DNA of 64,000 nt from positions 64,001 through 128,000 of the IMG/VR virus record IMGVR_UViG_3300013132_000023, one strand, 5' to 3'. Position 1 is the first letter of the stretch. Each line of letters opens with the position of its first letter. A model generated the notes under the pieces. The model saw nothing but the letters and a program-made list of their open reading frames with translations, did no database searches and was not told the DNA's origin. The translations under genes were made by a program, and so were the position numbers. This document shows, in pieces, positions 10,041 through 19,792 of this stretch. Origin of the DNA: a virus.

Positions 10041-10936
10041 AGATCCTGGTTTCATACAGAGGCATTCCTCAGTCTCCAGGTTGGGCGACTGGCGATATGG
10101 TTGTCAAAGCGTTTCGTGCTTTGGGGCACGAAGCTTATCCGTTTGCCAAGTTCTATCAAGAAAATCGCTGGGTTCCCGAACGTCCTTTATTGGACGAGCA
10201 CGAGTGGGACTTAATTCTTTTTATGGAATGCAACGACGGAGATCCGCAATATACGGAGCTACGTGTAACACGAGCACGTAAGACTGCTTGCTGGCTTTTT
10301 GACACGAGTTATCATCAAGATCGTTATCGTAGACTTGTGGATTACTTCGGTTTCAATCACATTTTTCTAGCTAATCCTCTGACTATTCAAGAATACAAGG
10401 TATGGGGTTATGACAATGTACACTATCTCCCTTATGCATGCAGTCGTGAATTACCTGTACGTTCATTGGAATATCCCAAGTCCCGTGACGTGGTGCTTGT
10501 TGGTTCTATTCGGGACGATAGGATTGCTTTGGCTCGCGGCCTCAGTGGGCATGGTGTCAATCTAGAATTGGTTGGTGGCGTCTTCCGCGAACAATACATT
10601 GATGCCTTGGCGTCCGCTAAGATCGTTGTCAATCATAATCCCGAGGCTGGTCGTGGACTTCTAAATATGCGATTCTTTGAAGCTCCGGCGGCTGGTGCAT
10701 TGTTGTTTACAGAACACGTTGATAACGAATGCAATTTAGAATACGGCCTACAGCCAATCGCGTTTCCCTATGAATCTCTAGCAGAAGCCGGAGCATTCAT
10801 CAAGCAGTTCATCAGTCAACCGGAGCATCTACTAGACATGCGACGTGTTGCACAGGAACGTGTATTCGAATATCATACGTACGACAATCGTTGTCGCACG
10901 CTTCTTGAAACGGTTTTTCCAAATGAAAGAATCTGA
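10037..10936 (+). CDS. CgeB/YkvP-like GT-B glycosyltransferase
   Basis: AKIVVN...LNMRFFEAPAAGALLFTE...HTYDNR. Confidence 0.8.
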   Translation: MKILVSYRGIPQSPGWATGDMVVKAFRALGHEAYPFAKFYQENRWVPERPLLDEHEWDLILFMECNDGDPQYTELRVTRARKTACWLFDTSYHQDRYRRLVDYFGFNHIFLANPLTIQEYKVWGYDNVHYLPYACSRELPVRSLEYPKSRDVVLVGSIRDDRIALARGLSGHGVNLELVGGVFREQYIDALASAKIVVNHNPEAGRGLLNMRFFEAPAAGALLFTEHVDNECNLEYGLQPIAFPYESLAEAGAFIKQFISQPEHLLDMRRVAQERVFEYHTYDNRCRTLLETVFPNERI

Positions 10937-11591
10937 TACTATTAGCGTTTTGGTTTGTGTTCATAGTCGTGATCGTGAACATGATCGTCTTTTACAGCGT
11001 GCCTTAGAGTCGCTTGTAAGACAGACGTATTCCAATTTTGAAACCATATTAGTTCTTGATGAGTGTTGGGAAGATACTAAGGGGCTTGTTGAAAGCTACG
11101 CAGAAGTTCTCAACATGAGAATCTTTGAACGTCCACACAAGCAGGGGTTAGCTATTGCAAAAAACTTTGGTTTAGCACGATGCGGTGGCGATTGGGTTGC
11201 GTATCTCGATGCTGACGATCAATGGCTTGAGTGCAAGCTTGAAATTCAACGTCAGTGCATGATTGATATGCCGGAAGCTACTGATTTTTGTGGTACTGAA
11301 GCATGGGACTTGGACGAGCAAGGAATGCGTCCTAACTGCTTTAAGGTAGGTCAATATCAAACACACGAACAAATTGCAGCACGTTTGTTGCACGAAAATG
11401 TCATGTGTCATGGTAGTATGATGATTCGTAAGTCAGCTATCGATACTTTGAATGGCTATTCTGAAAGTCGTTCTTTGCTCGGTAGAGAAGATTGGGATTT
11501 GTGGCAGCGTGCCGTCCGTGCGGGATTCCGTTTTTACAAAGTTCCCGAACGTCTCTATGTCTATTCGCTCGGAACGAGCGTTCCTCGCTAA
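10923..11591 (+). CDS. GT2 glycosyltransferase
   Basis: ISVLVCVH, QTYSNFE, YLDADD, EDWDLW; start at ATG 10923. Confidence 0.85.
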   Translation: MKESDTISVLVCVHSRDREHDRLLQRALESLVRQTYSNFETILVLDECWEDTKGLVESYAEVLNMRIFERPHKQGLAIAKNFGLARCGGDWVAYLDADDQWLECKLEIQRQCMIDMPEATDFCGTEAWDLDEQGMRPNCFKVGQYQTHEQIAARLLHENVMCHGSMMIRKSAIDTLNGYSESRSLLGREDWDLWQRAVRAGFRFYKVPERLYVYSLGTSVPR

Positions 11592-11592
11592 C

Positions 11593-12549
11593 ATGAAAAA
11601 CGTACTGTACGTAGGATTGATGTACAACTATGGAAAGCCCCAGGAGGGCTATTCGTACGAGTATATGAACATTGAGGCTGGGTTCAAGGATTGTGCTCAG
11701 CGTGGTATGTTTGAAGTGGATTACTGGCATCCGGATAAAGCTCAGGCTGTGCCGATTGTAACCGAATACGATGCCATCTTCCATGTCGCCTTCAATGAAT
11801 CACTCGACCTACCTGAGGGCGTTGCGAAGCTAGCCCTCAGACAAGACATTCCCGTAATTCAATGGGACTGTGATTCGTCATGGAGATTTTCAAGCTGGAT
11901 CTTGCCGCGTAAAGATCGCGTGAGTCATTTCGTAACCACACATTCTGCTACAGTACCGTGGTATCAACAAAATGGCATGAAGGTTATTCGATCACAGTGG
12001 GGTGGTTCTCCTCTGTATAAGAGGGAGTCGCTTAGCAAGATCTATGACCTGAGTTTTGTTGGTCAGAAACATGGCCGAATGCCAGATGGTCGTTTCTTGC
12101 GTTCAGAGATTGTTAATGCACTTATGGCCGCAGGCTTACGTGTTGATCTCTTCGGCAATTATTGGGATGGATATCAAAACTGGCACGGCTATGCTACTCA
12201 TTTCGAGACGATCATTAATGCCTTTAACGAGAGTCGTATCTGTTTAAACTTATCGAATCCTTGGCATCACAATACTATGCCACAAATCAAGGGGCGTCAT
12301 TTTGAGATTCCTCAGGTTGGTGGTTTTCAGTTATGTACGCCCGCTGACGATTTAGAGTCATACTTTGTCGAAGACAAAGAAATTGTGATTGCACGCTCGA
12401 TAGGAGAGCTTGTAGAAAAAGCACGTTACTACCTTGATCATGAGCAAGAACGCGAAATAATTGCTGAGGCCGGTTATCAGCGTATGCTTAAGGAACATCA
12501 GTGGCACCATAGACTTGAAGCATTGTTTAAGGAAGTTGGTGTATTATGA
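11593..12549 (+). CDS. CgeB/YkvP-like GT-B glycosyltransferase
   Basis: SRICLNL, QIKGRHFEIP, HQWHHR; start at ATG 11593. Confidence 0.8.
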   Translation: MKNVLYVGLMYNYGKPQEGYSYEYMNIEAGFKDCAQRGMFEVDYWHPDKAQAVPIVTEYDAIFHVAFNESLDLPEGVAKLALRQDIPVIQWDCDSSWRFSSWILPRKDRVSHFVTTHSATVPWYQQNGMKVIRSQWGGSPLYKRESLSKIYDLSFVGQKHGRMPDGRFLRSEIVNALMAAGLRVDLFGNYWDGYQNWHGYATHFETIINAFNESRICLNLSNPWHHNTMPQIKGRHFEIPQVGGFQLCTPADDLESYFVEDKEIVIARSIGELVEKARYYLDHEQEREIIAEAGYQRMLKEHQWHHRLEALFKEVGVL

Positions 12550-12713
12550 GCGATTGTTTTTGGGAAGGCTTTGACGCTTTTAAGAGTGGTCATGACATTA
12601 ATCAAAATCCGTATCCAGAAGATGCTCCTGAACACGAAGAATGGCGGGATGGTTGGTTAGCTGGAGACATGGATCAAAATCTAAACGAAGAGGACGATAC
12701 AAGGCCGTGGTAA
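12546..12713 (+). CDS. small Rmf/CrpP-fold protein (not in ORF track)
   Basis: 55 aa MSDCFWEGFDAFKSG...NPYP...EWRDGWLAG matches the G..A...G...PY......W..GW pattern; ATGA overlap with upstream gene. Confidence 0.65.
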   Translation: MSDCFWEGFDAFKSGHDINQNPYPEDAPEHEEWRDGWLAGDMDQNLNEEDDTRPW

Positions 12714-13354
12714 AAGGATACAACAAATTTAAGGGTACTCTTGACAATCATGACTTCATGACTCAAGAGCACATTGCGGGTTTTTTACGAAACCATAGAA
12801 CTGGTACTGATAACCTGGGGCGTCAGACGTTGGCTCGTATTGTTGCAACGTACGACAATCCTACCGTTGTAGACGCTGCGTGCGGTACTTGCGTTAATTG
12901 GGAGGTTTTAAAGAACGCTGGAGTTCGGTGTCAATACACGGGCGTTGATCGCACCGAAGGCATGCTTGCCGAGGCGGCTCGACGTTATCCTGAAATCAAA
13001 TTACTCCCAGGATACGTTCAAGAGTTACCATTGCCTGATGGTGCGAGTGATATCGTAATCATGCGACACATCTTGGAACATTTACAAGAGGGGTACGAGA
13101 ACGCTATCCGTGAAGGTTTACGTGTAGCTTCAAAAGAACTTATTGTTGTGTTTTTTCTTGATCCTTCTGATGCAAACGAAGACAAGATAGAAGAGTCTCA
13201 ACCAGATGAAAATGGCTGTACTTACTGGTGGAATACATATAGCTGGTCCAAATTCACCCAATTCATTGCTGAACTTGGGCTCCAAATGAAGGTAGGACAC
13301 GTTATTACTCCAGGAGCCGCACATGCCGACACAATCGTACGTATCATCAAATGA
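12707..13354 (+). CDS. class I SAM-dependent methyltransferase
   Basis: VVDAACGT, GVD...ML, RHILEHL; probable GTG start 12707 after GAGGA. Confidence 0.8.
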   Translation: MVKGYNKFKGTLDNHDFMTQEHIAGFLRNHRTGTDNLGRQTLARIVATYDNPTVVDAACGTCVNWEVLKNAGVRCQYTGVDRTEGMLAEAARRYPEIKLLPGYVQELPLPDGASDIVIMRHILEHLQEGYENAIREGLRVASKELIVVFFLDPSDANEDKIEESQPDENGCTYWWNTYSWSKFTQFIAELGLQMKVGHVITPGAAHADTIVRIIK

Positions 13355-13884
13355 AGCTCAATCTTGCTAGCCACGGGGATGAGATCCCTGGATACATCAG
13401 TGTGGACTTCGATCACCCGACCGCTCAGGTGCGAGCGGACGTGACCGATCTTCCGTTTTCCGCCGAATCCGTTGACGAGATCTTGGCGTTTCATATCCTA
13501 GAGCATTTCCGTGCTGGGGACTATGAGCCACATTTGTCCAATCCACTCAATCCCAAAACGGCTAAGCAAGCTCTTGTGGAATGGCAAAGAGTTTTGAAGC
13601 CGGGTGGCAAACTACAAATCAAAGTACCTGATTTCGAAAAGATTGTTTGGCTCTATTACAATTTTCCACAATGGACAAGGGCTGAGTCTTCGGTTAACGC
13701 ACCATTTGGTAACTATTCTGATTGGATTGTATCTAATGGGCAACATCAGTGTCTTTTTAACAAACAAACCATGAAGAGACTGCTCGAAATGACTGGCTTT
13801 ACGCGTATTGAATTTGTTGACGGCGATCCTCAAGCGGTCGTTAGTCGTACTAATCTTGAAATGCATGTCGTGTGTTACAAATGA
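13351..13884 (+). CDS. Methyltransf_11-like SAM-dependent methyltransferase
   Basis: KLNLAS, LPF..ESVDEI.A.HILEH, RVLKPGG...I.VPD. Confidence 0.8.
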   Translation: MKLNLASHGDEIPGYISVDFDHPTAQVRADVTDLPFSAESVDEILAFHILEHFRAGDYEPHLSNPLNPKTAKQALVEWQRVLKPGGKLQIKVPDFEKIVWLYYNFPQWTRAESSVNAPFGNYSDWIVSNGQHQCLFNKQTMKRLLEMTGFTRIEFVDGDPQAVVSRTNLEMHVVCYK

Positions 13885-14702
13885 AGCTACTCGATTTTCG
13901 TTCAAACTATACTAGTCAATGTGGACAAGATGGTGTCTTGGCCAAGGTGTTTGATGTTCTAGGTATTCGTTCTGGATACTGTGTTGAGTTTGGAGCCTGG
14001 GACGGACTATATCTTTCTAACACAAGACAATGGTTACAGAGTCCGCAATTCTCTGGCTGTCTCATTGAGGGCGACCATGTTCGGTTTCAAGCACTCAAAA
14101 AGCTTTACGGTACACGAACAGACGTGCATACCATTAATACGTTTGTAAGTATTGATGGTGAGAATTCGTTAGATAGTATTTTGCAACGCGTTGGGGCACC
14201 AGTTGACTTTGATTTGTTGTCAATTGATATCGATTGCGACGACTATCATATTTGGAGTTCGCTGCAACATTTTAAGCCTAAGTTAGTTCTTATTGAAACA
14301 AATCCGTACATTCCATTTTACGTTGAGTATGTTCAAAAGAAGAACCTAGGTCGTTATCCAATTGGGGCAAGCGTTGTTAGCATGTACAAGTTGGCCATTG
14401 CTAAAGGGTATCAGCCTATTTGTTACATTGGACACGACTGGTTGTGTTTACGCAAAGATCTACTACCTGCGTTTGATCTTGATACTATGGCTTGTATTCC
14501 AATGTTTTTAGCCGGATCAGATGTTCGCAACAACGATCTCATGGCTCATGGAAACATTATTCCGTTGCCTACTGGTCCAGCAAGTGAGCGGCAAGTCAAT
14601 ATCAACGATATCGTTTATCGTGGTATTGCACCATCCTTTGAAGAGTTCGCACAAGAATTTCGAGTTTTGACTTCACCGAGTGATTTTGCCAGTCTCCTTT
14701 AA
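13881..14702 (+). CDS. FkbM-like methyltransferase
   Basis: SQCGQDG, VEFGAWDG, LLSIDID motifs. Confidence 0.75.
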   Translation: MKLLDFRSNYTSQCGQDGVLAKVFDVLGIRSGYCVEFGAWDGLYLSNTRQWLQSPQFSGCLIEGDHVRFQALKKLYGTRTDVHTINTFVSIDGENSLDSILQRVGAPVDFDLLSIDIDCDDYHIWSSLQHFKPKLVLIETNPYIPFYVEYVQKKNLGRYPIGASVVSMYKLAIAKGYQPICYIGHDWLCLRKDLLPAFDLDTMACIPMFLAGSDVRNNDLMAHGNIIPLPTGPASERQVNINDIVYRGIAPSFEEFAQEFRVLTSPSDFASLL

Positions 14703-14761
14703 AGCATAATAAAAGGCAAAAATTACTCAACACATTACCTATTTGAGGACATAATACAGTT

Positions 14762-15763
14762 ATGCGAGTTTTGGTTACTGGTGGCAATGGGTTTGTAGGT
14801 AAGCACGTCGTGAAAGAGCTTAAGGCTCGTGGTCATGATGTTATTGCCCCCACTAGACAGGAAATGCCTCTTTTGATTCCGAGAACATGGCTTCCGAATA
14901 AAGACAACTCCGATCAAATGTGCTATAGCGGTGCTTATGGTATAGCTATTGATTTTGTACAGCGTAAGATTGACGCTGTAGTACACTTAGCCGCTACGTG
15001 TGGGGGCATTGGAATCAACAAAGACAATCCAGGTCGCTTCATTTATGAGAACCTTCAAATGGGCATTAACGTCCTAGAAGGAGCACATCTTGCCAACGTC
15101 AAGAAGGTTGTCAATCTCGGTACTGTATGTGCTTATCCGAAGTTTACTGAAATTCCATTTCGAGAAGATGACATCTGGAATGGTTATCCCGAAGAAACTA
15201 ATGCTCCATATGGTATCGCCAAGAAGACCGTCATGGAAATGGGTATTGCCTACGCGAAGCAATACGGCATGAATGTGACCAACCTTGTGCCCGTCAACAT
15301 GGCGGGTGAGTTTGACCACTTTGACCTTTACAGCAGTCACGTCATTCCGGCTATCATCAAGAAGTTTGAGGCTCCGTTGGTCGATGAGAAATGTCAGTTT
15401 GATTTCTCTCCTCAGAACTATCCCAAGAAGTATGTAGAGCTTTGGGGAACTGGCCGTGCGTCACGCGAGTTTTTGTATGCTGGCGATTGTGCGAGAGCCA
15501 TCGCCCTCAGTCTTGAGAAGGATACAGGACCGGAGCCTATCAACCTCGGCACCGGCCAAGAGATCACCATTCAAGCACTTGCTGAATTGATTAAACGTAT
15601 TGGTGGATACGACGCCGATATCGTATGGGTATCGTCCAAGCCCGATGGACAGCCGAGGCGTTGTCTCGATACAAGTCGTGCTAAGCAAGTTTTGGGGTGG
15701 GAAGCTATTACTTCGATTGAAGAAATTCTAGAAAAGACAATTAGTTGGTATAGAGCACAATGA
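14762..15763 (+). CDS. fcl: GDP-L-fucose synthase
   Basis: TGGNGFVG, HLAA.CGGIG.N, PYGIAKK, SHVIPA, GTG...REFLY, KPDGQPRR. Confidence 0.9.
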   Translation: MRVLVTGGNGFVGKHVVKELKARGHDVIAPTRQEMPLLIPRTWLPNKDNSDQMCYSGAYGIAIDFVQRKIDAVVHLAATCGGIGINKDNPGRFIYENLQMGINVLEGAHLANVKKVVNLGTVCAYPKFTEIPFREDDIWNGYPEETNAPYGIAKKTVMEMGIAYAKQYGMNVTNLVPVNMAGEFDHFDLYSSHVIPAIIKKFEAPLVDEKCQFDFSPQNYPKKYVELWGTGRASREFLYAGDCARAIALSLEKDTGPEPINLGTGQEITIQALAELIKRIGGYDADIVWVSSKPDGQPRRCLDTSRAKQVLGWEAITSIEEILEKTISWYRAQ

Positions 15764-16779
15764 GTAAGACAGCGATTATTACTGGTGTTACGGGTCAAGA
15801 CGGTTTCTATCTTACACATTACCTGCTTGGGTTAGGATATCGCGTTGTTGGATTACTCCGTCGCACGTCTCTTCCTACCGATGGAAGACTGCGTACTTTG
15901 ATGGGTAGTCCTAATCTACACTTGGTTAATGCTGACATCACTGACATTTCAAGCATTCAACAAGTAGTGCGTCAGTTTAAGCCACATGAATTCTATCACT
16001 TGGCGGCACAAAGTCATGTTGCTATGTCGTGGAAATATCCTTTAGCTACTTCTGAAATCACTGGTCTTGGTGTTCTCAATTGCTTAGAAGCTATTCGTAC
16101 AGAAGCTCCGGAGTGTCGCTTCTATTTTGCTGGAAGTAGTGAACAATTTGGTAATCCCATTTTCGAGGGCAAGACAAAGGCCCTTAATGAGGATTCTCCT
16201 ATGGAACCGGAATCGCCTTACGCGGCTGCAAAGGTCTTTGGTTTCAATATGTCAAGAGTGTACCGTAGGTCGTTCAATATGTTTGCGTCCTGCGGTATTT
16301 TGTTTAACCACGAATCCCCCGTTCGTGGAGAAGAGTTTGTAACACGTAAGATCACGAAAGGTCTTGCTCGTGTAAAATGGGGATTGCAAAGTCATGTTGA
16401 ATTAGGCAACATGAATGCGTGCAGAGATTGGGGATTTGCTGGTGATTATGTGCGTGCTATGCACGCAATGCTACAGTACGACAAGCCTGATGATTTTGTT
16501 ATTGCAACTGGCAAAGCCTATAGTGTCAATATGTTTTTTGATACTTGCTGTTTGTGGTTTGAATTAGATAGAGAAAAGGTCTATCGAAACAATCCGGCAT
16601 TTAATCGTCCGAAGGACGTTGAGGTTTTACTTGGAGACAGTACTAAAGCTACTAACTTGTTAGGTTGGGAGCCTACGTGTGACTTCTATAATCTTGTTGA
16701 CAAGATGTGTAGATACGATTACCACTTGCAGTCGCCAGATAGCTTGCAATCTCGCATGGCAGATGAATATCTTTTCTAG
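15760..16779 (+). CDS. gmd: GDP-mannose 4,6-dehydratase
   Basis: ITGVTGQDG, LAAQSHV, SPYAAAK, LFNHESP.RG..FVTRKIT, RDWG. Confidence 0.95.
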   Translation: MSKTAIITGVTGQDGFYLTHYLLGLGYRVVGLLRRTSLPTDGRLRTLMGSPNLHLVNADITDISSIQQVVRQFKPHEFYHLAAQSHVAMSWKYPLATSEITGLGVLNCLEAIRTEAPECRFYFAGSSEQFGNPIFEGKTKALNEDSPMEPESPYAAAKVFGFNMSRVYRRSFNMFASCGILFNHESPVRGEEFVTRKITKGLARVKWGLQSHVELGNMNACRDWGFAGDYVRAMHAMLQYDKPDDFVIATGKAYSVNMFFDTCCLWFELDREKVYRNNPAFNRPKDVEVLLGDSTKATNLLGWEPTCDFYNLVDKMCRYDYHLQSPDSLQSRMADEYLF

Positions 16780-16788
16780 GAGTTTAGT

Positions 16789-17457
16789 ATGAAGAAACCT
16801 GATAATGAAGAACATAAGATTACGGATCGTGAAAAGCGTGCGTGGCAGACTGGTAAGAAAAGACCTGCTCGTCGAAGACCAAGTTTGACTACTGCTCAGC
16901 GTATTGAATTCTTGGATCTTGTAGCTCGCATGGCTCCCGCTTCCGAGTTTGAGCGTAAGTTGAATTTGACATCGGGAGACGTTGAATTTTACAGTAACGA
17001 ACTGAACGTAAAAAGCCAACAAGAAGCACGTCGCATGCATCGTCAAATGAAGCATGAAAATAAAGAGCTTATTGAGGCTAAGGCCATAGCCGAAAACAAG
17101 AAAGTACGTGAAGCTGAGGCCACCGCTCAGCAGCGTCTTGATGAAATTGCTGCCCGCAGAGAAGCTGTTCGTCCTGTTAAAAAGCCCGATGTGCTGGCTA
17201 TCAAAACAGAAGACGCCGAACGTCAACGTCGTCTAGCTGAACAACAGGCGAAGACAGATGTTCCTGCAAAAGAATGGCAATTGCCTGTCGAAGGAACGGA
17301 AGCTCAGCGTCACGAACAAATTGATCGTTTTCGTCGCGAACTCTTGTATCATGGCTTTTCTTTTGTTCGCAAGAAGTACAACGCTACTAATGCACAAATC
17401 AAGTTTGAAGCCCAACGTCTTGGTCTAAAGATTAATTGGGAAGTTGTGCGTAGATGA
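16789..17457 (+). CDS. hypothetical protein (charged, coiled-coil)
   Basis: 222-aa ORF with AGGAG ribosome-binding site. Confidence 0.65.
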   Translation: MKKPDNEEHKITDREKRAWQTGKKRPARRRPSLTTAQRIEFLDLVARMAPASEFERKLNLTSGDVEFYSNELNVKSQQEARRMHRQMKHENKELIEAKAIAENKKVREAEATAQQRLDEIAARREAVRPVKKPDVLAIKTEDAERQRRLAEQQAKTDVPAKEWQLPVEGTEAQRHEQIDRFRRELLYHGFSFVRKKYNATNAQIKFEAQRLGLKINWEVVRR

Positions 17458-18176
17458 AGTTTACCAAAGATGCATTAGAAGAGCTTTACGACTCTATGTC
17501 CATTGATGAAATGGCAGAGCATCTTGGTATGGCGAAATCTACTCTGTATTACCACATGCGTAAACTAGGCGTGCAGCGTCGATCTAAGAGTGACGCACAA
17601 GCGAGACACCTTGAGCATTCGCCACATCAGCGTGTTGGCAAGTCTCATTCTGATAAAACAAAAGAACGGATTGCTAATGGTACACGCGAGTTTTGGGAAT
17701 CAGAACGTGGTCAAGAGCAAAAGAAAGCGTTGGGAGACTTACGTCGTAACGAGTGGAAAGATCGTTCGCCCAAACAGCGTCTAACTGTTCTTGATAGACT
17801 ACAATCGGCAGCAAGGCCGGTACCAGGAAGCTTGTCTAAGTTTGGTCTTAAATTGGCTGACTTTTTGCAGAAGTTCGAGACTGTTCAAACCGGAATCAGG
17901 TTGACGCCGAGTCATGTCTCTGATATCATTCTTGAAGATCGCAAGGTGGTCGTAGAGCTACTTTTGCCAATCAGTGTTTATGGTGAAGAACAAGAACACA
18001 AGATTGGGAATCGTTATGATCGTCTTGTTTCTGAACTTGGTGACGCTGGTTACAGGGTCGTGATTGTGGAAGACCGTTCCAATTCTTTGTCAAGGGCTCG
18101 GTGTCAACGAGTCTATGACGAGCTTGTTTCTTTTTTCGAACAGAAGACTTTACAACACACGAGAATCGTGTCATAA
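17454..18176 (+). CDS. HTH + NUMOD3-like + Vsr/DUF559-like protein (homing-endonuclease-derived)
   Basis: N-terminal HTH, GKSHSDKTKERI, C-terminal DIILEDRKVVVE...RYD.....GYRVVIV. Confidence 0.55.
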   Translation: MKFTKDALEELYDSMSIDEMAEHLGMAKSTLYYHMRKLGVQRRSKSDAQARHLEHSPHQRVGKSHSDKTKERIANGTREFWESERGQEQKKALGDLRRNEWKDRSPKQRLTVLDRLQSAARPVPGSLSKFGLKLADFLQKFETVQTGIRLTPSHVSDIILEDRKVVVELLLPISVYGEEQEHKIGNRYDRLVSELGDAGYRVVIVEDRSNSLSRARCQRVYDELVSFFEQKTLQHTRIVS

Positions 18177-18177
18177 T
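18149..18177 (+). promoter_or_regulatory. sigma70-like promoter, near-leaderless
   Basis: TTTACA-N17-CATAAT, ATG 6 nt downstream (18184). Confidence 0.55.
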
Positions 18178-18183
18178 TTGAAC

Positions 18184-18861
18184 ATGACTGAGAACAAATC
18201 AAGACGTGGGACTAATTGGGAACAACAGCTACGCGATAATGAGAAGGCTCTTCGTCGCGAAGAAAACGAGGAAATTTCTGTTGTGCTCTTGGCTGGTTTA
18301 CAGCGATTAGCGGAAGAAGCTGGTATTGTATCGTCTGATTGCGATATTCGAACGCCGTCTGACTCAATGGTACAAGCTATTTACCGTGTGACTTTTACGG
18401 ACGGTACAACCTGGGTTGGTACAGCAGATTGCAACGCTAAAAACACCAAGGGGCGTTACTTGCATTATCCAACCGCTGTTGCCGAATCGCGAGCAGAAGC
18501 ACGTTGTCTTCGTAAGGCTCTAGGTATTCGTATGTTGTCTGCCGAAGAGCTTGGACTACGCGAGGGCTTTGGTTCAATTGAAGCTTCGCCATCCGGTAAG
18601 GCTGACTCACAAATGATTGCAGCTATTACGAAGCTGTGTGAAACTCGTGGCGTTGTTGCTGCTGCCGTTCTAGAAGAAGTGATTGAAGATCAAGAACGTG
18701 CTTCATCGATTTTTGAATTGTCCGAACTAACCACGTTAGAGGCACAACGTGCCCTTGCGTGGCTTAATGAACAAGTAACAAAGAAGACTGGTCAACAGTC
18801 GGCTAAATCTTCTCGTGATGCTCGTAAGGCTGAATTGACTGCAAGATTGGAGAACCAATGA
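18184..18861 (+). CDS. putative Rad52/Sak-like ssDNA-annealing protein
   Basis: G.AD....N.......AVAESRAEARCLRKALGI motif and C-terminal ELT..EA helix. Confidence 0.5.
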   Translation: MTENKSRRGTNWEQQLRDNEKALRREENEEISVVLLAGLQRLAEEAGIVSSDCDIRTPSDSMVQAIYRVTFTDGTTWVGTADCNAKNTKGRYLHYPTAVAESRAEARCLRKALGIRMLSAEELGLREGFGSIEASPSGKADSQMIAAITKLCETRGVVAAAVLEEVIEDQERASSIFELSELTTLEAQRALAWLNEQVTKKTGQQSAKSSRDARKAELTARLENQ

Positions 18862-19202
18862 AAGTACGATATACGTCAGGTGATGGTCGTTTGAGTGTTG
18901 AGGTCGAGGGCGAAAACCAAAAGAGCGTGTTCGGTGAAATCGCACGCTTTCAAGAAGTTTTTGAACATACTATTTGTGGTAAGTGTAATGGTCAAGATCT
19001 TCGCTTCGTTGTTCGTAACGTTAGTGACAATGACTTCTATGAAATCCACTGCGTAAATCCCAAGTGTCGTGCTCGTCTTGCATTTGGTCAACACAAGGGC
19101 AAGGAAGGTACTCTATTCCCGCGTCGTAAGGATGATAGCGGTGGATGGCTACCGAACGGTGGTTGGGTAAAGTTCAATCCGCAAACTGGAAAGGAAGAAT
19201 AA
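18858..19202 (+). CDS. hypothetical protein with Cys4 Zn-ribbon
   Basis: CGKC...C....C; aromatic C-terminus. Confidence 0.65.
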   Translation: MKVRYTSGDGRLSVEVEGENQKSVFGEIARFQEVFEHTICGKCNGQDLRFVVRNVSDNDFYEIHCVNPKCRARLAFGQHKGKEGTLFPRRKDDSGGWLPNGGWVKFNPQTGKEE

Positions 19203-19792
19203 TGACGCTTTCTTTTGACGAATATCAATTACAGGCAGCAAAAACTGCTGTTTATCCTAGACAGTTTGTTTTGACGCATGGTCAAGAAACCACACCGGGG
19301 GCATCTTGTATTTATCCTGTCTTTGGTTTGTGTGGTGAAATTGGTGAAGTTTGTCAAGTTCTTACGGATAGACTTGGGTTGTCTGTAGATCTTGAAAAAG
19401 AATGCGGCGACGTGCTATGGTACATTGCTGCAATTTGTTCTGATCTATCTATCAAAATGAGTCAAGTTGCTGAATGTGATACGTTTGAGGCTTTCGCACA
19501 CGGTGCATGGGTTGTTAGTCCGTTATCTACAGCCGGTATTTTACAAGAGCTTTTTATTGCCGCAGGTACCATTGCCGAAGCAACTAAAAAGACTATACGC
19601 GATTCAGGTGGTATAGTTACGCCAGAACGTTTAAAAGTAATTGTTGCCGCACTAAGACGCGTTTTGGTAGCTCTTCGTTCAATTTGTATTCACAAGAGCT
19701 TGAATATTGCAAGTGCTGCTAATGGCAACCTTGCTAAATTAGCTGCTCGTGCTGCAAAGGGTACGATTCAAGGAAGTGGCGATAACCGATGA
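19202..19792 (+). CDS. MazG-like NTP pyrophosphohydrolase
   Basis: EYQ..A..TA.YP, GLCGEIGEV, KECGDVLWY, GTIQGSGDNR end. Confidence 0.8.
   Translation: MTLSFDEYQLQAAKTAVYPRQFVLTHGQETTPGASCIYPVFGLCGEIGEVCQVLTDRLGLSVDLEKECGDVLWYIAAICSDLSIKMSQVAECDTFEAFAHGAWVVSPLSTAGILQELFIAAGTIAEATKKTIRDSGGIVTPERLKVIVAALRRVLVALRSICIHKSLNIASAANGNLAKLAARAAKGTIQGSGDNR

Noticed and set aside
12641-12706. N-terminal extension of the methyltransferase given in the ORF track
   Set aside because: Overlaps the Rmf-like ORF; GTG at 12707 with an upstream GAGGA is the better start
928-16779. Bacterial O-antigen/capsule locus (host contamination)
   Set aside because: No wzx/wzy/wzm/wzz genes or membrane proteins; contiguous and co-oriented with phage-type genes in the same overlap style
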